Of a stretch of DNA of 64,000 nt, positions 1 to 12,694 are shown piece after piece. The stretch's first letter is position 1; every line of letters begins with the position of its first letter. The notes below the pieces were generated by a model that did not search any database, was not told the DNA's origin, and was given only the letters and a program-made list of their open reading frames with translations. A program made the translations under genes and the position numbers. Origin of the DNA: Sphaerodactylus townsendi. Its lineage: Eukaryota. Location: assembly GCF_021028975.2 (NCBI RefSeq), contig NC_059435.1, positions 70,060,001 to 70,124,000 of the forward strand, written 5' to 3'.

Positions 1-86
1 AACTGTTTTTTGTAAGCGGATTACTTTTCCTGTTATTTCAGATAGGCTTGCTACAAACTAACTTGATGTCCTACCCTCTTCTGCAG

Positions 87-228
87 CAAAACAACTTGAG
101 CAATCCTCCTACCCCTCCAGCCTCCCTCCCTCCGACCCCTCCACCTGTGGCTTGCCAAAAAATGGTCAATGGATTTGCAACCACTGAGGAACTCGCTAGC
201 AAGGCCGGAATGTTGGGGGGACATGATG
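87..228 (+). CDS. KMT2C: KMT2C (MLL3) coding exon; gene continues upstream of the window
   Basis: ctgcag|...|gtaagt; encodes QNNLSNPPTPPASLPPTPPP...NGFATTEELASKAG, matching KMT2C. Confidence 0.93.
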
Positions 229-529
229 GTAAGTCTCGGTGTTTGCCAAAGATGTTCACAATGAAATCTGGAATTACTTTACTATATGCTTGTAACTTAC
301 TTTAAATCAGAATGTTTTGCAATCTTCACAAAATTTATGGGAAGAATGCCAAGGCTTATGTGGCTACTCAGTTGTTGGCATAGTATTAAGAAATATCGAT
401 AGCTGCCGCCTGGTGTGGCAATTCCAAGCACTGAGATCCATTTGCAAATTTGGAAGTCATTACAGAAGTTCTTGGGCACGAGGGCTGAATGGCTTTGAGC
501 CATAGGTACTGGTAGTGGTGACTTGAGTT

Positions 530-682
530 AAGAAGAAGAGGAGGAGTTTGGATTTATGTCCCCCTTTCTTTTCTGTTGGGGACTCAAAGGGGTTTACAAT
601 CTTCTTTCCCTTCCCCCCTCACAACAAACACTCTGTGAGGTGGGTGGGGCTGAGAGAGCTCCGAAAAGCTGTGACTAGCCCA
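530..682 (-). mobile_element. Squam3-like SINE, 3' part
   Basis: Reverse of ...cagccccacccacctcacagagtgtttgttgtg...ataaatccaaactcc(tct)n tail. Confidence 0.7.
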
Positions 683-1231
683 TTTGGGGGGGGGGGGGTG
701 CGGCTATGTTGGGAAAGGAGCTACAATAGCAATATACTTGCTATCAGAGGTATATCAATATAAATGCAATTTAAAGAGCTTTAACAATGCCCTTTATCTT
801 GCAAGTACGGGTGTGATTAGATCTGTGCCTTTCAGAGGAATTGATGAGTAGAGTTAAGATAACCAGGAAAAGCTGCAGAGGCTGCAGAGGCAAGCTAGCT
901 TCAGGGCAGGCAGAGAATGATTCCTCGCATGTAAACAGAAAAACACGAGGAAACCCTCTGCAAACCCACTGTGTAATGAAGAGCCCCGAGGTAAGTGTTC
1001 TGTGCATCCCACCACATTTTGATGAACATGTATAAGAATTCCATTGCTCGTGTCTCTAAATAGAGGGTTGTTAGTGTTTTTTTCTTTTTTAAAATGATTT
1101 TGTGTGATGGAGTTTCAGGGGATTTGGTTGTGAACTGACTACGCAAAAGAAACATGAATGGAAGTGATTTTTTCATATGTGTCATCAGATATGTTAAATT
1201 ATTTATTTACCTTGTTTTTGCTGTCTTTCAG

Positions 1232-1379
1232 TTACCAAGGCTTTAGGATCGAAGCAGTTTCAGCTGCCTTTCAGACCTCCAGATGATCTGTTAGCCAGAG
1301 CAATGGCTCAGGGTCCAAAAAGTGTGGATGTTCCTGCATCCCTTCCAACTCCGCCTCATAACAATCATGAAGAATTAAG
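1232..1379 (+). CDS. KMT2C: KMT2C coding exon
   Basis: ttcag|...|gtaaat; VTKALGSKQFQLPFRPPDDLLARAMAQGPKSVDVPASLPTPPHNNHEELR; phase-compatible with neighbours. Confidence 0.95.
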
Positions 1380-2087
1380 GTAAATGTTTTCGTCGAACTC
1401 CTTGGGTACCTGGTAGCCTAATTAGCCCCTTGGCGTGACTGAATTCTGCGAAGATTGTTTATAGTTACAAATGTCCAGTTGGGGTTCCTTCTTGTGCCAG
1501 TCACAAGCAAATGGTTTGACCTTTGAGATAACCCCTAATTCAAGCCAGAAACTTGTCAGGTTAGGAATTTCAGCTTTGTTTATGAAATATGTATTCAACA
1601 AGTGACCGTAAGGAAGTTACAGACAGCTTGCCAGTATTTTAGGTTGCGAGTATTTCTACTGTTGCTCATGGTAATATTTCTAGTGTCCAGATTCTTATTG
1701 GTCCTCTTAATGGCTAGACACTGACCTCATGTTTTCAAATCTCAATGGAATCCTCTGTAAGTACCTACTTGTTCCCCACTAGAATAGGGTTGTATGCTGT
1801 TCCTTTGAGCTAGGTTAACCAGCTGTCCTCTCTCTCAGTACAAAGCCCTGGATTTTAAAAATCCAAAATTGAGACATATAAGTCAGTGGGGAGAGTTGAC
1901 CCTCTTCGGATGGCACCATTTCCACATACAAAATTTCACAGTTGGGATTTTAATTATCTGGTATTAATAGTATTTTGTAGTACCCTACAAGCATCTTCAA
2001 ACAGCTGGATTGCAAAGGCAAAGGGGTGAATTTCTTATGGGAGGCATCACCATGATATACCTGTTGGCATCATGGCTTGCTTCTCTT

Positions 2088-2310
2088 CATTTATTTATAT
2101 TTATTTTGTTAAATTTATATCCCACCCTTTCCCCATAGGGCTCAGGATGGGTTACAACATAAAAATTAATATATAAAACTATAAATACAACATTCCTATA
2201 AAAACAATTTTAAAATGATTAAATACAACATAAGCACCACTTTACGGTTAAAACTGATGGCAGAAAAAGCCCTTTCCCCATCCCCCCATAGCTATATAAA
2301 AAAGGCCAGT
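2088..2310 (-). mobile_element. L2-type 3' tail fragment
   Basis: tttattt...cccaccctttccccatagggctcaggatggg resembles the 3' stem-loop of the L2 at 34500. Confidence 0.55.
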
Positions 2311-2405
2311 GGAATTGCAGTTTACCTCCTATTACTATCAAGCACAGCTCCCCGTCTCCTCATTGATCTTCGTTTCCCAAATTTCTGGGCTTCTTTCCTT
2401 CTCAG

Positions 2406-2584
2406 GGTTCAAGATCCTTGTGGTGACAGAGACACTCCTGACAGCTTCGTTCCCTCATCATCCCCTGAGAGTGTCATGGGCATGGAAATAAGTAGATATC
2501 CTGATCTGTCAGCTGTCAAGGAAGAGGCCCCAGAGCCGGTCCCGTCTCCTATCATTCCAATTCTACCCACCAGTTCTGGAAAGG
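2406..2584 (+). CDS. KMT2C: KMT2C coding exon
   Basis: ctcag|...|gtaatg; VQDPCGDRDTPDSFVPSSSPESV...PILPTSSGK. Confidence 0.95.
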
Positions 2585-2680
2585 GTAATGCTGATTTAAA
2601 TCCTAAATGCACGTTCTGATTTTCTTTCCTTGTATTAGCATTTACTTCAAATGTTGCATTTTTTTCTCTTTTTCATTAAG

Positions 2681-2817
2681 GTTCAGAAGCAAAAAGGAAT
2701 TTTATTAAAACAGAACCTTGCTCGGGGTTTTTTGGCTCTCAGCTTGGACCTTCCCCAAATGGTCCAAAATCTGGCCTTGTGTCTGTAGCAATTACTTTGC
2801 ACCCCACAGCTGCAGAG
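2681..2817 (+). CDS. KMT2C: KMT2C coding exon
   Basis: ttaag|...|gtaaga; SEAKRNFIKTEP...GLVSVAITLHPTAAE. Confidence 0.95.
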
Positions 2818-3283
2818 GTAAGAAAGTGAAGTTCCAGCAAATCACATTGAGAATCACTCTGATGGCGATGTGCCAGTCTGATGTGACTTTGCCTAATGTA
2901 TAGATGAATCATGAATCTAAAGGACAAAGTAAAAGAAGTAAATGTCCTTAAATTCCAGCTTGGAGCAAATCACATCTAACCTCTGATAATATTGTGTGCA
3001 ATCTTTGGATGTGATGGCTACTCATCTTATGTTTGGAAATGACTTGCTTCGATAAGACAGTTATAAATGCTGATTTCAGTCAGTTTCATTTAATCATACT
3101 AAATTTTACCCATGAAAATTGCCCAGGTGAAAGACTAGGGAAAGACTAGGCAGGGGGAAATTTCACCCCAAAAAAATCATTGTAATCTTTTGCAATAACT
3201 TCTTCCCATGATGTGCAACTTTAACGCTAGTTTTTAAAAACAAGATTCTTTCAGAGGCGATCTTCACCAAGAATCATATAAGA

Positions 3284-3372
3284 CAGTGGTGGCGAACCTT
3301 TGGCACTCCAGATGTTATGGACTACAATTCCCATCAGCCCCTGCCAGGAGTGCCAAAGGTTCGCCACCACGG
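3284..3372. mobile_element. hAT-type MITE, 89 bp
   Basis: 26-bp TIRs (cagtggtggcgaacctttggcactcc, 1 mismatch); perfect 8-bp TSD ATATAAGA. Confidence 0.92.
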
Positions 3373-3547
3373 ATATAAGACAACAGGATGATGCTACATC
3401 CCACAGCCAATCAACTGTAGCTTTCTCTGAACGGGCATTTGTTTTTGTCCCTTTTTGCAAAACAGATGGCTGTATTCCAGGGAGAGACTTAGGGTTACAG
3501 AAAATAGATACATGCACCCCCGACTCACGCCCTGTTTGGCTGTAGCC

Positions 3548-3881
3548 CAGGGGTGTCAAACGTGCAGCCTTGAGCATGGACCTGGCCCTTTAAGAAGGCT
3601 TCTCAGGATCGCGAGCCAGCTGAAGCAGCTCCCCTGCCCCATCACTCTTACCAGGCCAGATCAGGAGTGTGTGTGTGTGGGGGGGGGGGGGGGGTTTGCC
3701 TCATCTTACTTTTGAACCTATGTCCCCCCCACTGTGCTGCGTGCTTGCCAGTCCTATACACCCTCCTTCCCAAGTGCTGTTCTGGGGCCAGCTGAGGCAT
3801 CCACTGTCCCCGCCCCAGACGTGGCCCAACCAAATCACATGTCATTTCCAGCCCTCATAACAAATGAGTTCAACACCCCTG
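3548..3881. mobile_element. hAT-type MITE
   Basis: TIRs caggggtgtcaaac / gttcaacacccctg; perfect 8-bp TSD CTGTAGCC. Confidence 0.9.
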
Positions 3882-3950
3882 CTGTAGCCTGTTTATTTGT
3901 TTCTTAAAATTGGCTTGGCGTGTAGGTTTCATCTTTTCTTTCTTCTGTAG

Positions 3951-4194
3951 AATATTGGCAGTGTCGTAGCTGCATTTTCCAGCCTCCTGCATGTCAGAAT
4001 TCCCAACAGTTATGAGATCAGCAGTGCCCCAGAGGTTCCTTCTTCCATGGGACTGATAAACCCCCACAGAGCAAATCCTGCCTTTGAATACAGACAACAG
4101 CTGCTGCTTCATGGTCCCCAGCCAGGCTCTCTCGGTTTCACAGGGCCTTATGGACTCAAACAGCCCAACATGCCATTTCCCGCAAGTGGCAACG
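3951..4194 (+). CDS. KMT2C: KMT2C coding exon
   Basis: tgtag|...|gtaatt; NIGSVVAAFSSLLHVRIPNSYEISSAP...FPASGN. Confidence 0.95.
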
Positions 4195-4529
4195 GTAATT
4201 CAGCTGGTGCTATTAAAGGGATTTGGATCATTGCTTTTTCCCAACTTATATCTGGAAGATAATTTGAGTGTAGAGAATAACTGACTGTGCTTCACTTTTG
4301 TAATTAATTCAAAACATGTTCTAATGGGGGTGATGAGGCAAAATAGAGGTTATACCATTTCGGGCAGGAGGCACATTCTGTCATTCTAGTGTTGCCAGTC
4401 CCAAACGACTAAAATGTAAGAGGGTGTCATTCGGGGAAATATGGGCTTGAGGATAGAAAGTTCAAAGCAAATTCAAATGTCTTGATTAAAACTGCACTTC
4501 ATTACAAATTTTGTTCCCACTGTCTTTAG

Positions 4530-4669
4530 GGTTGGCAGGCTATAAGGTTCACAGTCCCAGTGCTACAGAGTGTTCCGGTCCAAGGCTACAATGGTGTTCA
4601 CACTGTAAAGTGGTAGTTCTGGGCAGTGGTGTGCGGAAGTCTTTCAAAGATCCATCTTTCCTAAATAAG
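4530..4669 (+). CDS. KMT2C: KMT2C coding exon
   Basis: tttag|...|gtactg; LAGYK...QWCSHCKVVVLGSGVRKSFKD...NK. Confidence 0.94.
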
Positions 4670-5116
4670 GTACTGTAGCAAAAAGAATGGTTTTATTTTG
4701 CACATAGGGTTAAGATTATGTGTGTGCATGCATGCAGATTGTTTTAATTATTATACTCTGTGTAAATTATTGTTCTTTTTATTGCTTCTTGAAGGGCAAA
4801 GAATTCAACAGATTTCGCTTTCGCTAAAATGTAGTACTAGTGCAGTGAGTTTAGGGAAGCTTTTTTCCTTTTTTAAATTTTTTTATGATGCCATTGTTTT
4901 GTGTGTCAAGAAACAAATCAGTTGTGTTACTTTGCATTTATTTAAACAGTTAAGATCTAAGCATGACAAGGCCTTTCTGAGCATGATTTGGGCTCCAAAT
5001 TATTAGACTAAGATGGAATCATATAAATAAAGGGGATTTTATTTTTTAAATGCTAGCTGATGTGAAATGTAGTTTCTAGAGCTGCATTTTTATGCTGTTT
5101 GGGTTTTCGTTTTCAG

Positions 5117-5224
5117 GATTCCAGAGAGAGGTCTGAGAGACTTGAGAAAGATGTTGTCTTTTGTAGCAATAACTGCTTTGTTCTTTATTCAGCATCCATG
5201 CAAGCAAAAAATTCAGAGAGCAAG
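5117..5224 (+). CDS. KMT2C: KMT2C coding exon
   Basis: ttcag|...|gtaagt; DSRERSERLEKDVVFCSNNCFVLYS. Confidence 0.95.
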
Positions 5225-5915
5225 GTAAGTTTACAAGCACGTTATACCCGGGCCTTCCTGAAATTGCTGCTTTAACGAAACACACATTAAAATTTCATTC
5301 AAAATATCCACATTGATGTGGCTAGTCATGTGGTTTACTTTTCAGAATTCTGTAGGATTAAATAACAGAGGTGAACTACTTTAATTCACCTTATTTTCTG
5401 CAAGTTTTGTCCTTTAGTTCTCTCTTAATATAAATGTATAGAGTTAATGTAGGTGAATTTTACTGGGATCTTGTCCAAATTTTTCAGCTCTTTTTCAGGG
5501 CATCTACCAGGAGTTTCTCCTAGTCAGGCCTCACAGAAGTAAGTGCGGATGCATAAATACCCCACTCTGTACACATACACAGTTGTTCTCTTCAGTGTTT
5601 CACTGCAGAGGTTTAATACCAGTCCTTGTAAACTGCCGATTCTCGAGGCTCTTCTTTCCAGAAACAATTTACTACTCCATTTTAATATGGTGTTTAAAGT
5701 CCTCTGTCTGAATTCATGGATTAGAAAAGTAATTTAGTTTTCATTGAGAAGGTTGATGCTGTCTAATGAGGAACACTTATGTAGTATAAGGACTGATATT
5801 AATAAATTAAGCTAAGAATTTCCAGTTTCCCAATGGTAGCTTTTCTCCCTTTATAATACTGCATGAATGTATGTTTCTTAAGTTGTGTGACATGCTTTCT
5901 TTTTTCCCCCTACAG

Positions 5916-7032
5916 GAATCAATTCCTTCTTTACCACAGTTCCCCATGAAGGAGGCACCCCCCAAAGTTTACCATCAGTATAACAACAACATTTCCACAC
6001 TGGATGTACATTGTCTCCCTCAAATCCAGGAAAGGTTTTCTCCACCATCATCTCCCCTGACCTTCCCTCTTGCTTTTGAAGCAGCCAGGGTGGAGCCAAA
6101 ACCAGACGAGCTGAAGGTAACCGTGAAACTCAAACCCCGTTTGAGAACAATACCCAATGGTTTTGATGACTGTCGACCATTCAGTAAGAAATGGAAAGGA
6201 ATGAAGTGGAAGAAATGGAACATCCAGATTGTGATTCCTAAAGGGACCTTCAGGCCTCCTTGTGATGAGGAGATAGATGAGTTCCTCAGGAGACTGGGCA
6301 CAACCATTAAACCTGATCCGGTGCCTAAAGACTACCGAAAGTGTTGTTTCTGTCATGAAGAGGGTGATGGGTTAACAGATGGACCAGCAAGACTTCTTAA
6401 CCTTGACCTAGACCTTTGGGTCCATTTGAATTGTGCACTTTGGTCTACTGAGGTCTATGAGACACAAGCTGGTGCCTTAATAAATGTGGAACTTGCCCTG
6501 AGAAGGGGCTTGCAAATGAAATGCACGTTCTGCCACAAGATGGGCGCCACCAGCGGCTGTCACAGGTTAAGGTGCACCAATATTTATCACTTTACCTGTG
6601 CCATTAAAGCACAATGCATGTTTTTCAAAGACAAAACCATGCTTTGCCCCATGCACAAACCAAAGGGAGCTCATGAGCAAGAACTCAGTTATTTTGCAGT
6701 CTTCAGGCGGGTCTATATCCAGCGTGATGAAGTCCGCCAGATTGCCAGCATCGTACAGCGGGGGGACCGAGAGCACACCTTCCGAGTGGGGAGCCTTATC
6801 TTCCACACCATTGGCCAGCTGTTGCCTCACCAGATGCAGGCCTTCCACTCCTCAAAGGTTCTCTACCCTGTGGGCTACGAGGCCAGCCGGTTATATTGGA
6901 GTACACGGTATGCCAACCGCAGGTGTCGCTACCTGTGTTCTATTGAAGAAAAGGAGGGCCTTCCCTTTTTTGTGATTAGGATTACTGAGCAAGGCCATGA
7001 AGATGTGGTTCTTACTGACTCAACCCCAAAAG
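5916..7032 (+). CDS. KMT2C: KMT2C large exon: extended PHD finger and FYRN domain
   Basis: tacag|...|gtaaca; RKCCFCHEEGDGLTDGPARLLNLDLDLWVHLNCALWSTEVYE, FYRN-like TFRVGSLIFHTIGQL...RLYWS. Confidence 0.98.
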
Positions 7033-7593
7033 GTAACACATGAATCTCTGATTTCCTTCTCTGTCACCTTCTTGTCACATTTATTCTTTACTTCCATATG
7101 GTATTCTTGGGTAACTTGGTGGTTGTTTTATGTTGGGTTAGGCTAAATTAATATGAAAACATTTTATGTGATTCACTTCATTCCACTGAGTCAGTTAAGT
7201 ACCTGCAATTATTAGCTGACCACTGACCTCTCTATTGCCTCTTGCAGTTTCCTAGCAAAGGCAGGCAAAATTGGGGAAGGCCATCACACAAAACACATTT
7301 CTACAATATATCACTTGTAGCAAACTGTGAATGTCCACAATCACTATCCCTTGTGATGACTTCAGACTGTTTCCCAATACAGCACACAGCACATTGCTGC
7401 AGCATAGAGCAAAATATATGCCTGTGATCCAGTGTAAAGAATTTATTGTGAGAGAAATGCACCATCTTCCTCCCCCAAGTTCTAGAGGACATCTTCATGC
7501 TACATCCATAGTACCCATGTCCTTCAGGTGGTATAAACACAGAGTCCTAGACTTCTTCTGTTCTTTTTTCCCCCTGTGTATGTGTGCATGCAG

Positions 7594-7730
7594 GTGTTTG
7601 GGATAAAATCCTGGATCCTGTTGTTGCTGTGCGGAAGAGTTCTGAAATGCTTCAGCTTTTCCCTGCATATCTGAAGGGCGAAGACCTCTTTGGTTTGACT
7701 GTCTCTGCAGTGGCAAGAATAGCAGAATCT
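7594..7730 (+). CDS. KMT2C: KMT2C coding exon (FYRC)
   Basis: tgcag|...|gtgagt; VWDKILDPV...GEDLFGLTVSAVARIAES. Confidence 0.96.
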
Positions 7731-8748
7731 GTGAGTGGCTTTCCTCAAATCGGCTCTTGATCTGTTCTTGCTTAATACTGATGTTTGACAGTGACCTAAA
7801 ACTGGTATTATAACAGTAGAGTCTTTATGGCATCATAAAGACTAAGAAAGCTTTAATGAGCCGGAGCCCATTTCATCAAATGCATGAATTGCTATGCTTG
7901 GTTGTCTAAGATTTATGCCCAGATCTAACAAACATCCCAAGACAAAGTATGTTGCATGACCTTGCGCAGCGTAGATGTAAAGCAGATCCAGTTAAAGGAG
8001 TATTTAAATTAGGGGATTCACTGCTAGTGAACAGTAATGATGACCACATGAATAGGTGGCTTTGAATGGGCACTGGGACAGATTCATGGATGGGTAGCTC
8101 GATCAGTAGCTACTGGCCATGGCGACTAAGGGGGAGTCTGTAAACATCTGAATACCCGTGGTCTGAGCCAACATCAGAGGAATGCTTTGGACTTTGTACC
8201 CTATTTGTTGGCAATCTGGGGCATCTGGGAGGCCATTGCGCAAAACAGGATAGACTAATGTGATGGCAAAAGATTTTCTTACAGTAACTGCCTTGAATCC
8301 TGGTGCCATATGTCTATAGTTCCTGTTTCCCTGTCATGCAGAAGGCAGGTATACCTTTTTCCTAAGCTGTAGATTCCCTTTTTGAGGGAGGTTTCAAAAA
8401 ACTTAAGAAAGGAAATACAAGTTAGATATGGGGAGGTATCGCCTCCCTGCCAGGGAATATGAGAATGCATATGTGGTGGAGTAGACAAGAGGGTATCATC
8501 TGTGCACAGTATCATGCAAAGAATGGTGATAAGTCTTGTGAGCAGGATCTGAAAAGGCAGCTGTGGGGACCTGCTTGTAAAGGAAAATCAGCAAGGAAAA
8601 TGGGAGGTTTGCAAAGTGCTTGGGTTGCCTGCTTGTAGCAAAGCCGCAGCTGTGCTCATTAACTACACTGCTGAAACCACCACTGGCCATTTCTTTGGCT
8701 CTTTCTTCGGCATCCACGCTGACATGTAAACCCTTGGTGTATTTTCAG

Positions 8749-8891
8749 CTTCCCGGGGTTGAGGCTTGTGAGAATTACACCTTCCGGTATGGCCGAAATC
8801 CACTCATGGAACTCCCGCTTGCCATCAACCCCACCGGCTGTGCCCGCTCTGAGCCGAAAATGAGTACCCATGTCAAGAGGTTTGTGTTAAG
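8749..8891 (+). CDS. KMT2C: KMT2C coding exon (FYRC end, WDR5-interacting Win motif)
   Basis: ttcag|...|gtattt; LPGVEACENYTFRYGRNPLMELPLAINPTGCARSEPK. Confidence 0.96.
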
Positions 8892-9151
8892 GTATTTTCT
8901 TTTAAATTCACATAGTACAGCCCAGGGTTTATAGGCTGCGTAGGATATTTGTGCTTCTGTGTGCTGCTTACAAACCCTGCTGTTGTCGGCTGTGTATGTG
9001 CATGTCCAAGCCAGGGAAGCTGCTTTGTCGTCTCTGCTAGCTGGCTTTGAATGTCTGTCTGGAATTTTTTAAAATTCAAAACACACAACAATTCAGAGAG
9101 ATCTTCAGTTTTCTTTGTATGTCTCTTCTGTTCTATGACCCACTCCTACAG

Positions 9152-9320
9152 GCCTCACACCTTGAATAGCACCAGCACTTCAAAGTCATTTCAGAGCACA
9201 GTTACCGGAGAACTGAATGCACCTTACAGTAAACAGTTTGTTCATTCAAAGTCCTCACAATACCGAAAAATGAAGACCGAATGGAAATCCAATGTGTATT
9301 TGGCACGTTCACGTATTCAG
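9152..9320 (+). CDS. KMT2C: KMT2C coding exon (pre-SET region, SET start)
   Basis: tacag|...|gtcagt; PHTLNSTSTSKSFQSTV...VYLARSRIQ. Confidence 0.97.
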
Positions 9321-9489
9321 GTCAGTTACAATATCTGTGTCTGGATGGCATTAATTCTTGGGTTGTGGTAGTGCTGTTTTTCATCTAAATTTTCGTCCTA
9401 AACCAGTGTAGTGGTTCCTGTATACACTTTGGTATTTAGAAGGGGGTTTTGGGACCCGAGTTTGCTATAACTGTTCGCTGTCTTTACAG

Positions 9490-9606
9490 GGCCTGGGCTT
9501 ATATGCTGCTAGGGACATTGAAAAGCACACCATGGTCATTGAATATATCGGAACTATCATCCGCAATGAGGTAGCCAACAGGAAAGAGAAGCTGTATGAA
9601 TCTCAG
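9490..9606 (+). CDS. KMT2C: KMT2C coding exon (SET)
   Basis: tacag|...|gtaagg; GLGLYAARDIEKHTMVIEYIGTIIRNEVANRKEKLYESQ. Confidence 0.97.
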
Positions 9607-9702
9607 GTAAGGCAGCGTGACTGCTGTTGCAAACATTCACATTGCCTAACAAAGATTTAGAGGGTGGTGGAGTGAAATCTTCTCTTTTTTTCCACCCTCT
9701 AG

Positions 9703-9776
9703 AATCGTGGGGTGTACATGTTCCGCATTGACAATGACCATGTCATTGATGCCACATTGACAGGAGGTCCTGCAAG
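9703..9776 (+). CDS. KMT2C: KMT2C coding exon (SET)
   Basis: tctag|...|gtgggt; NRGVYMFRIDNDHVIDATLTGGPA. Confidence 0.97.
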
Positions 9777-10111
9777 GTGGGTGGCTCTATAGAAATGGTC
9801 ATCTCATTCTTGGAGATGAGATACGTTCCTTTCGCTGCCTCTTTCCTGGGAGGGTCTGCTGGATGCTTTCTTCAGTAACATCCTTTAGTTTCTGAGTGGG
9901 CTCATTCAATGTCCATACTTTCTCTGAAATATGAAGCTGGTGTATTAACTTGCTATAGTCTTGATTTTGCTGCTGTCTTGACAGATGTGTAGCTGTAAGC
10001 TGTTGATGTAGCCATTCTTGTTTAGAGTGCAGTGATTGAATGTCTGTTTAATAGTATAATCAATTTACAGTAGTCCACAGTCAAATAAAATACTGATCCC
10101 CCCACGCATAG

Positions 10112-10220
10112 GTATATTAACCATTCCTGCGCACCAAACTGTGTGGCTGAGGTGGTAACCTTTGAAAGGGGACACAAGATTATCATCAGCTCCAGCAGGA
10201 GAATCCAGAAAGGAGAAGAG
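10112..10220 (+). CDS. KMT2C: KMT2C coding exon (SET, NHSC motif)
   Basis: catag|...|gtgaga; YINHSCAPNCVAEVVTFERGHKIIISSSRRIQKGEE. Confidence 0.97.
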
Positions 10221-11039
10221 GTGAGATTTATATCTTCCTTTACAGAATATGTTCCATTTCTCCTTTCAGATCACTTTGTCAAAAGTGCAAGATGCACTGT
10301 CCACCAGCATTTTGTTTTAAAAGTCTACTGAGTTTCTGCACCAATTTCTGGTCAGTCGCAGCTCTTTCTCTCTGCTGCTTTCAGCGACTGCTACAGAAAC
10401 TAGACCGTATGTGGGGCAGCAGTTGCAGATAATGGCTGGATGGAAGCCTGCTGAAAGTGTTGAGATTGTAAAGAAGTTACAATTTTTAGAGATTTGTTTA
10501 CATAATTGTAATGAGAACCTGTATCTCAAAAAGTGTATGCTGAAGCACAAAGTTACATAGAATGCTGAAAATCTGAGGGTTGTACTACCTTTTTAGTATT
10601 ATTTGTGTAGCCGCCCCCTCCCCCATTAGAAAGTCACCGTGAAGACGGTTCAAGTGGGTACTTACACATGTTTCTCTGCTTGAAACTTGATCCTCATGTG
10701 AGGATTCAGGTTTTTAAGTCTGCACATGGGTTTCAGGCCTGAGAAGAGGAATACAAGAGCTCTAGCTCCAATAATAAACTAGCTGGGGCTTGATCATTAA
10801 ATTCCCCATGTATCACGTTGCAGGTCAAAACTGCCGTTCACCCTTGTACTGACTGGGGAGGTGGGCCATCATAACTGCAATGCTAATCTCTTCTTTCAGT
10901 AACATCAGCCTTTTTAAATCCGACACTGTGATGAAACGGAGGATGTGTTTATCCATACAGCTGCAAAGGTTGGTGGGTTTGGTGTTTGGCAAGGCCTAAA
11001 GCACTAACTCTTCCCCTGACGATTATCACTTTTTTCCAG

Positions 11040-11132
11040 CTCTGTTATGACTATAAGTTTGATTTTGAAGATGACCAGCACAAGATTCCATGTCACTGTG
11101 GAGCGGTAAACTGCCGAAAATGGATGAACTAG
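11040..11132 (+). CDS. KMT2C: KMT2C last coding exon (SET end, post-SET), stop TAG
   Basis: tccag|; LCYDYKFDFEDDQHKIPCHCGAVNCRKWMN*. Confidence 0.98.
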   Translation, partial: LCYDYKFDFEDDQHKIPCHCGAVNCRKWMN

Positions 11133-12694
11133 ATGCATTCCTTGCTGTCTCAGAGGGTTGCTTGTCCCAAGGAAGAAGTGATGTTTGAGGGTGGGGGGGG
11201 GGGGGTTGTGAACACAAATCACTTTTGTAAATTACACTTCCTTCAACTTGCGTGTCAAGCAAGCGTCAGAAGCGGAAGCCGGCAGAAGGTGGCGTTGCCT
11301 GGCTGCCCAGGCACACGGAGGCGACACTGATCTCCAGACCGGTCCAGCACTTTTGACTTTATGAACTCACTAAGGAGAAATCATTGAACTTGGGCAGAAA
11401 AGCTACGGCTGACCTGCTGAAGGGCAGTGGGGCATCAATGAATGTAGACTGAAATCACCAGCGAAAGGGAGACGTCCAAAGTGCTGGCCACAGCCTTACT
11501 TATTAAAGGGGCAGGCCCTCTAAATGCAGAAAAAAAAATTAAAATAAAATAAACACCACTGAACAAGGAATGTACTGAAATGACTTCCTTAGGGATAGAG
11601 CTAAGGGAAAAAATAACTTGCACTAAAATACATTTAAAATACTTGATTCCATGAGTCAGTTTATTGTAGTTTTTGATTTCTGTAAAATAAGAGAAACTTT
11701 TTGTATTTATTATTGAAATAAGTGAATGAAGCTATTTTTAAAAGGAAAAGTTAGAAGCCAAGCTGCTGCTGTTACCTGCAGAACTAACAACCCTGTTACT
11801 TTGTACAAAAGTGTAAATATTTTAAGAAAAAAACATTACAGTATACAAAAAAAAATAGTAATTGACCAAATGCTACCAGGCTCTGCAGAAGTTCGGGTGC
11901 TTATTATAAGACTCTGATAGGGATGTTACAATATGATCTTCTGTATTATTAAACATGCCATTACAGATGTTATGGAATAACCAAAATCTCAATTTAAAGA
12001 GAGGTTTTACTTTATTTTTTTAATATTTAAAGCAGGCTCAATTGTGTTCTATTAATAAACTTTTTAAGTAACCCTTAAGAGTGGTAGAGAGCATGTATAT
12101 TACAATTATGACTTTTGTAGATGTCTGAGGAAATTTAGACTGACTGATTTATTTTATCTGTATTATATTGTCACATCCCTATTTCTTAAATCAGGTTTTT
12201 TGTGCTTAGGATTTGTGATAACTGTGAATAACTGCTAAAACCACCCAAAATAGAGGCTGAACATTTTTTTTCCAGCAAAAAGTAGCGAAGATTAGATGGC
12301 CGTTCAGCTTACACTAAAATCATGTAATGAAAATAGAACTGTGTAGTGAGAACGTAAGTCTAATACAATAGCTGCCTTCTTTAAAAATAAAAACAAGGAA
12401 AAAATTAGGTGTAATTGTGTTTTCAGCTGCAGGACTCTGGCAGTAGGGTTTTGGAAAATGTAATTTAAAAATGTGTTTGTATGGATTGTTTTGTTTACAT
12501 TTCTTTTTAAAAATAAACACTGTTTGTGTTTGTAGAAACCTAATCAACATTTTGAACCAGGTTAGTTTTTTATTTTGTACTTTAAATTCTGGTACTGACA
12601 CTTCACAGTCTAAATATTAAAAAAAATGAAGTTTTTTTGTGTGCACAACTAAAGTGGACTGTAAAACTGTTGGTATATTCAGTGATACAGTTCT

